Shown in pieces: positions 38,188-51,226 of a DNA stretch of 59,980 bases (the stretch's first letter is position 1; each line of letters opens with the position of its first letter). The DNA comes from Octopus bimaculoides. Its lineage: Eukaryota. The stretch is from the NCBI RefSeq assembly GCF_001194135.2, contig NC_069000.1, positions 32,400,876 through 32,460,855 of the forward strand, in the 5' to 3' direction. The position numbers and the translations under genes were made by a program. Under the pieces are notes generated by a model. The model worked only from the letters and a program-made list of their open reading frames with translations. It was not told where the DNA came from and searched no databases.

Positions 38188-39198
38188 CATATATATATAC
38201 AAATACTTATGTCTGCGTATGTGCGCGTGTATCTGAGTATGTGTATGTACATATAACCATGTATGTATGCACACACACATATATACATACATACATACAT
38301 ACATACATACATACATACCATCGACGAACACAGAACTTAGAGCTGTTGAATTCTGTGATGTTTGTTTTTCTGTTCTCTGTTAATACTTAACGCTTTCAAC
38401 CTTCTTACAGATAGTTACAACAGTATATTTTCCAATTTTCTATTGAAGTTTTAATTATTATTATTATTTTACCAAACTATTGTAGTGACATGAAATATTG
38501 TCTAAGTTTATCTTCCTAAAATCTCACGACTACATCTATCCAGTAGTAATTCATGGATTTCAATTCAAGGAAGAAATCAGAATTCATGAGTCTTAAAATA
38601 TTATAAACATACATTCATACATTCATATGTATATATCCATACATCCATAGAAGTGTATACACATCTAGCTCATAATCTATCAACATAAGCGTATACGTGT
38701 GTATATAGATATGACACAGAGATATGTGCATGTATGTGTGTGTGTATGTTTGTGTACAAGTGCCTCTGTATATGTCTGAATGTATGTAGTGTTTAGGAGG
38801 TCTTTCTCGGCGGCACTAATCTTGAAGCATTTCATTTACTCTGTACAGATGCCGCATAAATTTTCTTCATTCTTTCTTCTTCCATCTCTTTCATTTCCTA
38901 CGATGTCGCTCCTTCTGATCCTTTACCAAAGTTGTTTCTCATTTTGATTTCTAAGACGCCATAAAAAGAATGGGGCATCGACATTTTAGAAAGAGTGTTA
39001 TTATCAAAAATCCATTAACTGCTGCCACTGACAGAAATATAAAATGCCATGGTATATGTGTGTGTGTGCGCTAGCGCGCGTGTGTGTGCGCGTGCGCGCG
39101 CGCGCGTGTGTGAGTATAGATGTATGTACGTTTGTATGTGCGCATGTATATGTATGCTTAGATATATCTGAAAATTTTGTTACTGCAACTACTGCTGC

Positions 39199-39274
<76 letters not shown>

Positions 39275-39422
39275 GATGTCGATGATTATGATAATAATAA
39301 TATTAAAATTAGTAAAAAGTGAACGTGAAAATCAACCAGAAAGGTATTCCTGATCTTTACTTTAATAGAGAGAGGTTAAAATTCAAATAAAAGGGAAGTA
39401 ATGGCGGGAGGANNNNNNNNNN

Positions 39423-39479
<57 letters not shown>

Positions 39480-40251
39480 GCGAAATAAGGATGCGGAGAG
39501 ATAGAGTGAGAAAGAAAGTGTAGTGGAAGAAATATAAGTTGAATGAGAGAATGGGAATAATTTTTTTTGTGAAATAGAGTGAAGTAGAGAGGGAAGAAGA
39601 AATGGCCTCTTAAAGTAAATAACAGCGAAAGGAAAATTGTCGACAGGAAAAAACAGCAAAGTACAGGGTATTTTAAAGCACTTGAAACGTGCGTGCGTAA
39701 ATATATATATATGCACATACATACAAAAGCATACATATATATATTTACATATGCATATACATATACGTGTGTGTGTGTGTGTGTGTGTGTGTATTGAACA
39801 ATATTAAATGCATTATCATCTATTTCGTGCTTCACGTAAAAATTTCCTTGAAATTCACTATCAATTATTTTCTAGCGAAATATAAAGGAAAAGAAGTCAG
39901 TTATAAAATATGTTTGTATGAATGAAAGCATAAATGTAATATTATGTGGTATTAAGTAAAGAGATATCATGATTTTAGGTTAACATCTAAGTTGGTTTAA
40001 AGCTATTCACCTACCTTATGCAATCACACATTTAGCTATCTATCTATCGTAGCATAACTTGCTTAGACTTAACACTTGGGAAGCCATATTTCACAGAGAA
40101 TTTCGTATTCAGTACCTTCTCTTTATTCTATCTCGAAATAAAATAGTATTACTACTCGCAGAGTAATATTTCTTCTAAAAGCTTTCAGGTGTAAGGTCTA
40201 TTGTTGTACGGTCTTTTCAGAACGTGTTTATGTGCATTCTGAATATATCTG

Positions 40252-40255
40252 TCTG

Positions 40256-40329
<74 letters not shown>
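40252..40329. repeat. (TATC)n / (GATA)n microsatellite
   Basis: Read directly; similar arrays occur at 4560, 5720 and 31095. Confidence 0.96.
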
Positions 40330-40417
40330 AGTTTCATAGAGGTAGATGCAAACATACACAAACACACAGTTGTATATGGATGTGCGTGTGTGCACTAATG
40401 TATGTGTGCATATGGTC

Positions 40418-40791
40418 CGTGGCCATGGTGGGGCACCGCCTTGAAGGGTTGAGTCGAACAGATCAAGCCCCAAGTTCAACTCTTTATATCTGGTACTTAT
40501 TATATCGGGCTCTTTTTCTAAACCGCTACGGAGACGTAAGCAAATTAATACCGGTTGCCAAGCGGTGGTAAAGAACAAACACAAATATAAAGGCACACAC
40601 ACATGTAGATACACTCACATTATATACACACACATATACGATGGGCTTCTTTCAGTTTCCACCTAACCAATTCTAAAGTTTCGTGTCGGCGCAGAGCTGC
40701 GGAAGAAAACACCAGCACGAATTGCGGTGTAGTGGGGCTGAATCCGAAACTATGTCGTTGGGAAGGTAGCTACTTACCACACATTCACGCC
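40418..40791 (-). mobile_element. SINE family 1, diverged
   Basis: Reverse complement aligns with the 1348 copy (GCTACTTACCACAC head, ACGATGGGCTTCTTTCAGTTTCC, GGCCATG..GCACCGCC). Confidence 0.88.
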
Positions 40792-41724
40792 TGGACCTAC
40801 ATATAAACATAGTATGAATTTATGTTTATGTGTTAAAATTACTGTTATAGCGTGAGTAATTGTGTTTTAAATTTGTAAAAGCTGATTGTCATTTGTTGTT
40901 GGAGGAAAAGCTGGTGACGAGTAAATATGAAATCCATAGTTTTCAACATAAACACTCATTCGATCAGTTAAGTGTAAATTTATGGAATGTATCTATAGTT
41001 TTATTGAAAAGAACTGTTGCGGAAATATTTTCTTATATACCTCAATAGATATTTACTTTTTTCGCAATACGTTAGGTGAAGTATAGTTAAAAGGAAGCAA
41101 TCCTACCGTTATGTTATTTTAAAGTTGTGCTATTTTAAAAATGATGTGTTATTTTAAGACTCTGTTGGTGAAATTTGTGTATGATATTTAGTTAGTGTCG
41201 ATCGTGTGGAGATGCAGAAAGTATTTGCTTTGCTTGTTCAATTTCATAATGTTTAGATATAATATAAGATATGAATGCATAAATTGAATAATGAGTTTGA
41301 TTGTGTATAAAGATTAGTCTAGCCTATAAGACAACATACATTAATGTAGTCAGCATCTTTCTATATAAATTCCAAATATGAACCGCGCAGCGAGCATTTA
41401 ATCGCTTATTGAACTACTGAAAGTATAGTCATTTTAGTATTATCCATAATTCAATGAATTTGCTATTAATTCCACGTAATATATGCCCTTTCTGATCAAT
41501 GTTAGAAGTGGATGGAGCTAAATAGAAGGGACTTTTAGAGGTAATTACCACTGACCAGATGTATATTTTGTATTGGCAGCAATTAGACTTTCTTATTCTA
41601 CTTCTGCTCCTGATACATGAATTTATTTATAATTAATTTGCATTAAGATTGGTGGCTAATAGCAAACGAGGAACATTTCTTAGTACCGAATAGACATCTA
41701 CGTGTAGGCGCGCACGCGTGTATG

Positions 41725-41776
<52 letters not shown>

Positions 41777-42359
41777 NNNNNNNNNNNNNNNNNNNNNNNN
41801 NNNNNNNNNNNNNNNNNNNNNNNNNNNNNNNNNNNNNNNNNNNNNNNNNNNNNNNNNNNNNNNNNNNNNNNNNNNNNNNNNNNNNNNNNNNNNNNNNNNN
41901 NNNNNNNNNNNNNNNNNNNNNNNNNNNNNNNNNNNNNNNNNNNNNNNNNNNNNNNNNNNNNNNNNNNNNNNNNNNNNNNNNNNNNNNNNNNNNNNNNNNN
42001 NNNNNNNNNNNNNNNNNNNNNNNNNNNNNNNNNNNNNNNNNNNNNNNNNNNNNNNNNNNNNNNNNNNNNNNNNNNNNNNNNNNNNNNNNNNNNNNNNNNN
42101 NNNNNNNNNNNNNNNNNNNNNNNNNNNNNNNNNNNNNNNNNNNNNNNNNNNNNNNNNNNNNNNNNNNNNNNNNNNNNNNNNNNNNNNNNNNNNNNNNNNN
42201 NNNNNNNNNNNNNNNNNNNNNNNNNNNNTATATATATATATATATATAGGGTGAGAGAGAGGGGGGGGGAGATAGATAGATAGATAGATAGATAAAAGCA
42301 AGATCTTGTATCTATATATACATTTCGGTGCTTACGAATAACAAATGTTAGTTTGTTTA

Positions 42360-43440
42360 TATTTATGCACGAGGTCAGTGCGCAACCATTTGTTCATCCC
42401 TTCCTACACTTCTTCGTCCGCAGTAAATCGACAACCTTGTAGAAAAGTCTGAGACATCCAAAGAGGTGTTAGAAGGGGAAAGATTTGGCCTGTATGCCAG
42501 CAACTAAAAACCTTGTTTTCCAATGGTTTCAACAGTGTAGACGGCTGTAGGCGGCCATGCATTGTCGTAGAAAACTAATACTTGATTTCACAATACACGC
42601 CCGCGTTTGCTACGAAATGCTGGATTTAGTTTTTCGGTCAGTATTTCACTGTAGCATGCATTAATGACTGTAGACGCCTTTTCCAGCTAATGTTCCATTA
42701 TCGGCTTTTTCTGTCCCCAAAAGAGGTTGCATTATGTTTTCTGCGGACGGTTGAATTTCTACCTTGAATTTCTTTTCCACTGGCCATTCCATGTGCTTCC
42801 ACTCGATACTATGCTTATAGATTCTGGCTGAAAGTGATGGGCTCATGTCTCATCTTCTACAACTATTCTCTCCAAAATAAGTTTCCCCTTCATCGATGCA
42901 GCGGTCGTGTAAGCATTGACAGATCTCAACTCAAATTGTGCTTACGCGCTCCGGTAAGCTCGCTTGGCACTCATTACCCACAGACTTCACAGAAGCAAAT
43001 CTTGTCATAGAGGGTTTCGTGTGCAGTGCCATAAATAATTTGCAGAGAACATACCCTCTCGTTGATGGTTAATCTCGAATTCATCGAATTTTCAGGTCAA
43101 AGTTGAGTGTTCTTCTCGCTGTTCGTTCTTCACACTTATCCGGTCATTGTTAAGCTTCTCCTTACACTCATACTTAGTACTACGCGGTAGAACGCTGTCC
43201 TCGTATTGTACTGAAATCCAGCGATGATTTTATCTCCTAAGTCACCATAGAAATCGGTTCACTGATCTGTCTTCTTCCGCGTTACACACTGACAGCGGAG
43301 CGGCAATGTTTACTCGGTAACACAATCCCCACCCACCAAAGAAACAAGAAAACTGCTTCGATCAGTCAAACTACGTTTAAGCCAACATAAGAGAACCACA
43401 TTTCAGCATGCGATCGCTGAAAGCAGTACAGCCAACCTAA
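42360..43440 (-). mobile_element. Degraded near-full-length mariner transposase relic
   Basis: Minus strand: LERIVVEDET*AHHFQPES, EWKH..KKFK..QPSAE, FWGQK, VFYDNAWP, YRPNLSPSN, RFTADEEV*EGMNKWL. These are the GDETW / HDNARPH / YSPDLAPSD motifs with stops and frameshifts. TIRs were not resolved. Confidence 0.88.
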
Positions 43441-43978
43441 GGAAGGTTTTGGTGAAAGTGAGGATAAATTTTTAATTTCCCTTATATAAGTGTGTGGGGG
43501 GGGGGGTTTGTGTGTACATGCGAGTGTGTGAAGGTATATGCTTATGCTCGTGTTTATATATGCATATTTACATATTCTTTTACTGATTTAATCTATATTC
43601 GGTATATATTACATATACCCACATTAAAACAACGCTCACACACATATGTACATACACACACACATATATATATGCATGTATGTATATATATATATATGTG
43701 TGGGTTGGTGTTTCTGTGCGTAACTGTATCATCGTAAAATAATGACCCAAATTTTGGCTTACAAGTCACATACTAAATTATTCACTACATATCGTCTCCA
43801 TTGCTTAGGTTACTTCGTATTTTTGAACCATTCTATGTGTTATATCATCTTAAATCAACAGAATTCTTTTGATCTATTTTCTCCTTTGGTAATTTGGCTA
43901 TTTGGTATATTTTGATCCTCCATTTTTCTCCACAAATATAAAATGTAGAATGTTAGTGTTTATATATATATATATATG

Positions 43979-44035
<57 letters not shown>

Positions 44036-44040
44036 ATATA

Positions 44041-44895
44041 CGAGGTTTGATCAATATGCATCTGGACTGTTGCCATAGTAACAAGCTAAAATACGCAGAG
44101 TAAAGCCGCTTGGCACAGACTGATTTGCAACTCTGGTGTGCATGCACATTAAGTTTTAACGTTCTAGCTTACTTCTGTTGTTTACAGCAATACTTGGAAG
44201 GAAGGTCTGTAGCGTGTGATCGTAGCATTGATCATGACAGAATAAGTTGTCATGGCGATACCTGGTCAGAGGCCTACGCAAAGTTACAGAAAATGCAGAG
44301 GAGTGTATGAGCCGCACACAAGTGTACGAGTGGGTCAGACATTTCCAAGATAGCCGAAAAAAATGTCGATATTGACAAACGTTCTGGGAGACGCGTAACC
44401 AGCTGAACTGAGAAAAATATCGCAAATGTACAGGCAGGTGTGAGGAGAAATCCACGAATCACCATCCATGAGTTATCAGAGGGTGTGCAGATTAGTTACG
44501 GTTCAGTTCAGTGCATTATCACTGGAGATTTGAGTGCCAAAACTACTTTCAGCTGACCAAAAAGACACTAGGGTTTCAGTTGCACAAGATCTCCTTCATT
44601 GTGCCGAGAATGATAAAAAAATTTTCGAAAACTTTGCGTGGGTGTCTGAGCAGGTATTGCCAAGCTTTTGACAACATTTGATGCAGATTCTCTGTTGAAC
44701 TTTCTCTGTCGTTGTCAATGCGACGATCACACGCTACACACCTTCCTTCCAAGCAGTACAGTAAACAGCGGAAGTGAGCTGTTAAACCTTAGTCTGCATG
44801 CACAGCAGAGTTCAAGGTAAATTTGTGCCAAGCTGGTTTATTCTACATACTTTGCTACTATGGCAACAGTCCGGATGCTTATTGATCAGATCGCG
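44041..44895 (+). mobile_element. Fold-back mariner derivative, TA-flanked, with ~250-bp inverted arms
   Basis: TA|CGAGGTTTGATCAATATGCATCTGGACTGTTGCCATAGTA pairs with TACTATGGCAACAGTCCGGATGCTTATTGATCAGATCGCG|TA. The centre encodes the transposase N-terminal half (MSRTQVYEWVRHF, RITIHELSEGVQISYGSVQCII, VPKLLSADQK). Confidence 0.92.
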
Positions 44896-44913
44896 TACAT
44901 ATATACATATAAT

Positions 44914-44992
<79 letters not shown>

Positions 44993-45426
44993 GTGATTAT
45001 ATACATATATATATATGTATATGTATATATATACACACATGTTTATATGTATGGTGGTGTTGTGTGTGTGGGCGGGTGCATGTATACCTACATGTTTGTG
45101 TATTTGCATACATATATAGGGAAACAACCTAAATTTCATGCCAGTGTGAATGAAGGCATAGACATTATAGAAGGTGTCAAAGTGCTTTGATCTCTGCTTC
45201 GCGGAGAAGTATAATCATTCTGCAACAAGTATCGATTTACCAACACTACTAATGTCAACTCACCAACCCAAGCCGAGTATCTTCACTGAAAATTCAAATG
45301 ATGTGACCCTGATGTAGATAGCAACCCATTAATTATGTCGTTAGACCCTAAAATTTATGTCTTATGTGCCGATGGAGTTGATTGAAGGACTACATGAATG
45401 AAACTGCACAATTTAATATGTTTTAT

Positions 45427-45792
45427 CTTTTACTTGTTTCAGTAATTAGACCGTGGCCATGCTGGTGCACTGCCTTGAAAGATTTTAGCCGAACAAATCA
45501 ACTCTAGGACTTAGGATTAGTACTTCTTTTATCGGTCGCTAAGTTACAGGGACGTAAACACTCTAGCACCAGGTGTCAAGTGGTGGTGGGGACAAAAACT
45601 GGCACAAAACACAAACACACAGATATATATATATATACGATGGGCTTCTTTCAGTTTCCGTCTACCAAATCCACTCATAAGGCTTTGGTCGATTCGAGGT
45701 TGTAGTAGAAAACACTTACACGAAGTGCCATGCAGTAGGACTGAACTTGGAACCATGTGTTTGTGAAGCAAGTTTCTTACCACAAAGCAATG
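45427..45792 (-). mobile_element. SINE family 1, near full length
   Basis: Reverse complement aligns with the 1348 copy; short internal TA tract. Confidence 0.9.
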
Positions 45793-46169
45793 TCTGCATG
45801 TGTGTTTGATATAATTTCACATACAGTTATATATTTTTGCACAAATAAGAAAGTTGTGATGTATGCCTACATGCACATGTATCCCTAGCGTCTATAAAAA
45901 GCACAAGAAAATCTCGTGAGAGTCATACCAAAGAGCTAAAAAGAAATATAGCAAAGTAACAGGCACGCTCTGCAATGCAGGTCTCTTTTTGAACACGACA
46001 AAGACAGGCTTGCTCTCAAAATATCACATCGCGCTCTTTATCTTGTCTGCTTACTTTGTGAAGAGTTTCGTTTTTGTCAATCTTTTAAAATGATAATAAT
46101 AATGCCAGAAAATTTGAAGTACTGCTCCATTCATCTTTATTTCCTCGACCTCGAAATAAGGAGAGATAA

Positions 46170-46270
46170 GATCGACCGCCGGCGCTATTTGAACTCAGTA
46201 GGCAAAGAGCCGGAACGAGAGCTGCTGAGCATTTTACACGTCGCAGTAACCATTCTGCTAGCTGACCACC
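46170..46270 (-). mobile_element. SINE family 2 head fragment
   Basis: ATTTGAACTCAG, CTGAGCATTTT and ATTCTGCTAGCTGACC match other copies. Confidence 0.6.
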
Positions 46271-46304
46271 TTAGTAATGATGATGATAATAATCATGTTG
46301 TTGT

Positions 46305-46342
<38 letters not shown>

Positions 46343-46976
46343 GTGATGATGGTGGTGGTGATGATAACGAAGAGAAGGAGGACGACGACGGTGACGATAA
46401 CAATAATAAGTAAAACTAATATTGAATAATAATATTCAAATTTTTTCAAGAACTAATTTTATTTCAAAAATCAAATTGAATATTACTCAACTATATNNNN
46501 NNNNNNNNNNNNNNNNNNNNNNNNNNNNNNNNNNNNNNNNNNNNNNNNNNNNNNNNNNNNNNNNNNNNNNNNNNNNNNNNNNNNNNNNNNNNNNNNNNNN
46601 NNNNNNNNNNNNNNNNNNNNNNNNNNNNNNNNNNNNNNNNNNNNNNNNNNNNNNNNNNNNNNNNNNNNNNNNNNNNNNNNNNNNNNNNNNNNNNNNNNNN
46701 NNNNNNNNNNNNNNNNNNNNNNNNNNNNNNNNNNNNNNNNNNNNNNNNNNNNNNNNNNNNNNNNNNNNNNNNNNNNNNNNNNNNNNNNNNNNNNNNNNNN
46801 NNNNNNNNNNNNNNNNNNNNNNNNNNNNNNNNNNNNNNNNNNNNNNNNNNNNNNNNNNNNNNNNNNNNNNNNNNNNNNNNNNNNNNNNNNNNNNNNNNNN
46901 NNNNNNNNNNNNNNNNNNNNNNNNNNNNNNNNNNNNNNNNNNNNNNNNNNNNNNNNNNNNNNNNNNNNNNNNNNNG

Positions 46977-47100
46977 GAGTGGTGTGTGGTGTTGTGTTGT
47001 GGTGGTGTGGGGTGGTGTGGTGTGGTGTTGTGGGGTGTTGTGGGGTGGTGGGGTGTGCTGTGGTGGTGTGGTGGGGTGGGTAGGGATGGGTGATGGTGGT
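46977..47100. repeat. Degenerate (GTGGT/GTG)n G-rich repeat
   Basis: Read directly; it continues into an assembly gap and abuts the 3' end of the Penelope-like fragment. Confidence 0.9.
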
Positions 47101-47169
47101 ATCAATGAAGGGAAGAGGCAGGAAAGATTGAAGAGAGGAAACAGGTGTCAGATGAAGAGATCGGAGGGT

Positions 47170-48010
47170 TGAGCCAATGTGGACCAAAGCAGCGAAGAGA
47201 GAAAATTAATTTCAGTTCACGCCGAAGGTGGGAATCCAGATGGCCCCTATGCAAAACAGTCCGAACACAGACAGATATTGTACTGAATGATGTGTAGATC
47301 GGATATGGAGCGAGACCGGGGTGTCATTGCAGAGTCTGATATCTCGGAGGTGCTCCGTGAACTGGTCTGCCAAGCGGCGTCTCGTTTTGAACGATGTACA
47401 GGGAAGGGCAGAAAAAGTAGATGCAGTAAATGACGATGCGATAGGAATGATGATGTGTGCCTGTGAGGATGTTAGTGTTGCAGAGGTAGGGGCAAGTAAG
47501 GCAGCTTGGGTGGGAGCAGTAGAACGAGTCAGGCTGGGAGGTAGGATTAGGGAAGAAACTGTGGACTAGGAGGTCACGCAGGTTATGGGCTCATTTGAAG
47601 GAGGGGAAGATGTGCGGGTTGGAGGGGACGAACTGGACTCACCGGAAAGCTCGGAGAATTGTGCGTTGTAAGAGCAGGGTGGAGAGGTGGTAGGTGAGGA
47701 TAAAAGGGAGACGGGAAACTGCGGGGCGTGTGCGGAGAGAAAGCAGACGCCCGGTCCACGGAATGTGCTCTGGCAAAGGCAGTGTGGATAGTTGTGGGGG
47801 AATATCCACGAAGGATGGAATGGTGAGACATGTGTTGAGATTCAATCTCAAAGTCATAGGGGATGGAGAGCTTGGTGTGGGTAGGTGGGAGGAGAAGAAG
47901 TTACGGTAGGAGTGTGAGTCGATGTGTTTGTAATGGATAGAGGTAGTGAGAGCGGAGTGATGTATACTGACAGTAATGTCGAGTAATTCGATGGAGGAGT
48001 TAGAAACAGT
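47170..48010 (-). mobile_element. Penelope-like retroelement, 5'-truncated (RT thumb, linker and GIY-YIG endonuclease)
   Basis: Minus strand: LDITVSIHHSALTTSIHYKHIDSHSY, MSHHSILRGYSPTTIHTAFARA, PFILTYH, AHNLRDLLVHS..CSHPSCLTCPYL, VIYCIYFFCPSLYIVQ / TRRRLADQFTEHLRDIR. It is frameshifted. Confidence 0.9.
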
Positions 48011-48124
48011 ACACACACATATATATATATACACAATATAGACACACACAGAACACGCGTGGGCGCGCACACATACACACCCACACACACACACATGCAT
48101 ACACACATATATTTATATGTATGA

Positions 48125-48405
48125 TGGATTCTCTAGTCGGAAACGACGTATGTAGGTTCAGATTTTTGCCGAACCATCGGGAAAAATGACCTGTTTATAG
48201 TCGTCAAATGTTTCTGCCGCACATTAGCTCACTCTCTCTTCATCAAATTGACGTCGTCTGAACAGGTGCACGATGTACCTTGTGTCAGGTGTCGAAGTGA
48301 TCGCAGAGCAATGTGAGACAAAGTGCTTCGCCCAAGAACACAATGCATAACCCGGTCTAGGAATCGAAAGCACGATTTCACTATAGTGCGTGTAACACCG
48401 CTATA
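48125..48405 (-). mobile_element. tRNA-derived SINE, family 4 (diverged head)
   Basis: The minus-strand head contains TTTCGATTCCTAGACCGGG..TGTGTTCTTGGGCGAAGCACTT. Part of it is repeated at 50673-50814. Confidence 0.65.
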
Positions 48406-49610
48406 TATGTGTGTATGTATAAATATGCAAATACATAAATATATAGATATAGATATGTACTTACAAGCAGATATGTATGCATATATGCTTATGTGTATGC
48501 ATATATATAGAAACGTGCGCGCATATACAAACACACACTCACACACACACGCACACATAAACACACACACACACACCCACACACGTATACATGTTTCAAT
48601 GATATTTATTCCTTTATTCCCACATCTGGCAAATATATATTGTTCAAGCATACGGATAACAACCATTGTTAAAAGATCGTCTGCTTCCATACAAATACAC
48701 ATATGCCTACACGTATTCATGCATTCGGACCAATATCCACGCATCATGTTAATTTATACTTATAAAGCCGTTATGCGTACACCTTAATATGCACCCTGCA
48801 TTACTTCGATTATGAACACGGTTAGAATGGAAGCATACCACAGCCAAGATGGCAGCTGGTTTTCTGCAATATATTTCGTCTTACGATTTTTTAAGCATCA
48901 AAAACCACTCTCGTTTCCATCTATATACAATTTCCTCCTGGGATTCTGGAACAAATGAGGAACACAACTTCTATCGATCACATTTAACGGTTTTTTTTTT
49001 TTTTTCGTTTTTCTTCTTCCCAAATCGTATACAGTATGTTTGATGGGAATCTAATCCGATGCCAATTGCAAATCGACAAAAAAAAAAAAAGCCCTACCGA
49101 AACTTCTAGAACTAGCTATTCTAGTCAAGAGTAGTTTTAAAAATGATGCTTTTGTTGTTTTTGGATATCATTATTTTCTATTGATTAAGATTTAGTCTTT
49201 TTGCATGTAGTGTATTTATTCATCTACACAAAGACACACATGCATATACACATATATACACAGGCACAGATGTTTATAAATGTGTGTATGCGTATGTGCT
49301 CGTTCAAGAATATTTCCTTTGTACAAATGTATATATATATATATACACATACACATACATATATATATACATATATATGCATATACATATATATATATAT
49401 ATGCATATACATACACATACATTTATATATCACATTGTTTGTGAATTTCGATTTCGCTTTTCGCTTCATGTCATATCGTTTCCTCTTGTTGTGTGATTTT
49501 TCGGTAACGAAAATATTTCTCATTAATTATCTTCGCTGCAGCACGCAGTTTTCGTAAGTTTCCATGCTTAACTGCCGCCACCGCTGCCTCCTCTTCTTCT
49601 TCTGCTGATG

Positions 49611-49661
<51 letters not shown>

Positions 49662-50672
49662 TTACTACTACTACTACTACTACTACACTGGAGTTTTCAA
49701 GCGTGTAATGCATTCCATTCTTATGTATTTTTTCTTGTAAGAATATGTAAAACGAAATAAAATAAAATAAAATAAAATAAAATAAAATACATGGATTGCA
49801 TAACGACAAATAAAAAGAAGACCGTTGTTTAATAATGGTGATNNNNNNNNNNNNNNNNNNNNNNNNNNNNNNNNNNNNNNNNNNNNNNNNNNNNNNNNNN
49901 NNNNNNNNNNNNNNNNNNNNNNNNNNNNNNNNNNNNNNNNNNNNNNNNNNNNNNNNNNNNNNNNNNNNNNNNNNNNNNNNNNNNNNNNNNNNNNNNNNNN
50001 NNNNNNNNNNNNNNNNNNNNNNNNNNNNNNNNNNNNNNNNNNNNNNNNNNNNNNNNNNNNNNNNNNNNNNNNNNNNNNNNNNNNNNNNNNNNNNNNNNNN
50101 NNNNNNNNNNNNNNNNNNNNNNNNNNNNNNNNNNNNNNNNNNNNNNNNNNNNNNNNNNNNNNNNNNNNNNNNNNNNNNNNNNNNNNNNNNNNNNNNNNNN
50201 NNNNNNNNNNNNNNNNNNNNNNNNNNNNNNNNNNNNNNNNNNNNNNNNNNNNNNNNNNNNNNNNNNNNNNNNNNNNNNNNNNNNNNNNNNNNNNNNNNNN
50301 NNNNNNNNNNNNNNNNNNNNNNNNNNNNNNNNNNNNNNNNNNNNNNNNNNNNNNNNNNNNNNNNNNNNNNNNNNNNNNNNNNNNNNNNNNNNNNNNNNNN
50401 NNNNNNNNNNNNNNNNNNNNNNNNNNNNNNNNNNNNNNNNNNNNNNNNNNNNNNNNNNNNNNNNNNNNNNNNNNNNNNNNNNNNNNNNNNNNNNNNNNNN
50501 NNNNNNNNNNNNNNNNNNNNNNNNNNNNNNNNNNNNNNNNNNNNNNNNNNNNNNNNNNNNNNNNNNNNNNNNNNNNNNNNNNNNNNNNNNNNNNNNNNNN
50601 NNNNNNNNNNNNNNNNNNNNNNNNNATATATATTCGCCACTATATATTCGTCATTTTTGAACTAATGGTTAT

Positions 50673-50814
50673 ATGTTTCTGCCGCACATTAGCTCACTCT
50701 CCCTTCATCAAATTGACGTCGTCTGAACAGGTGCACGATGTACCTTGTGTCAGGTGTCGAAGTGATCGCAGAGCAATGTGAGACAAAGTGCTTCGCCCAA
50801 GAACACAATGCATA
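50673..50814 (-). repeat. 142-bp direct copy of 48208-48349
   Basis: Manual comparison shows one mismatch (CTCTCTCTTC vs CTCTCCCTTC). Confidence 0.93.
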
Positions 50815-51109
50815 TATATAATTAAGGTTCCGTTGGATTAGGTATTCAAATTGAGGCACTTTGCTAGGTCGGTATAATCCGCACACCCAAACAATATTAA
50901 TGGGATGATATTGAATATCAAGTCTCCGTGCAGAGGTGTTTGTACCCGATATTTCTGCAGCAACCCAGCTAAGAGAAGATATGCGCTCTTGGTAATTCAG
51001 CTATGTACTTCTTATCACGCACACACATGCTTTTCGTTCTAAAATCCACCCAGTCATACGTCGGTATATATGTTGGTATCAATCTCTCTTTCTATCTGTA
51101 TGCTTGAAA

Positions 51110-51226
51110 GTCTGAGAAGGTGAAAGGCTGAATATGAACTCAGAACATAAATACGGACGAAAGGCTGCTAAGCATTTTGCCCAACGTGCTAACAATTCTG
51201 CCAGCACGTCGCCTTATTGTAAACTG
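51110..51226 (-). mobile_element. SINE family 2 head fragment
   Basis: GAACTCAGAACATAAATACGGACGAAA..CTAAGCATTTTGCCCAACGTGCTAACAATTCTGCCAGCACGTCGCCTT. Confidence 0.8.

Noticed and set aside
48843-48856. YY1-like motif CAAGATGGCAGC (also at about 52080)
   Set aside because: A single imperfect motif with no other promoter evidence.
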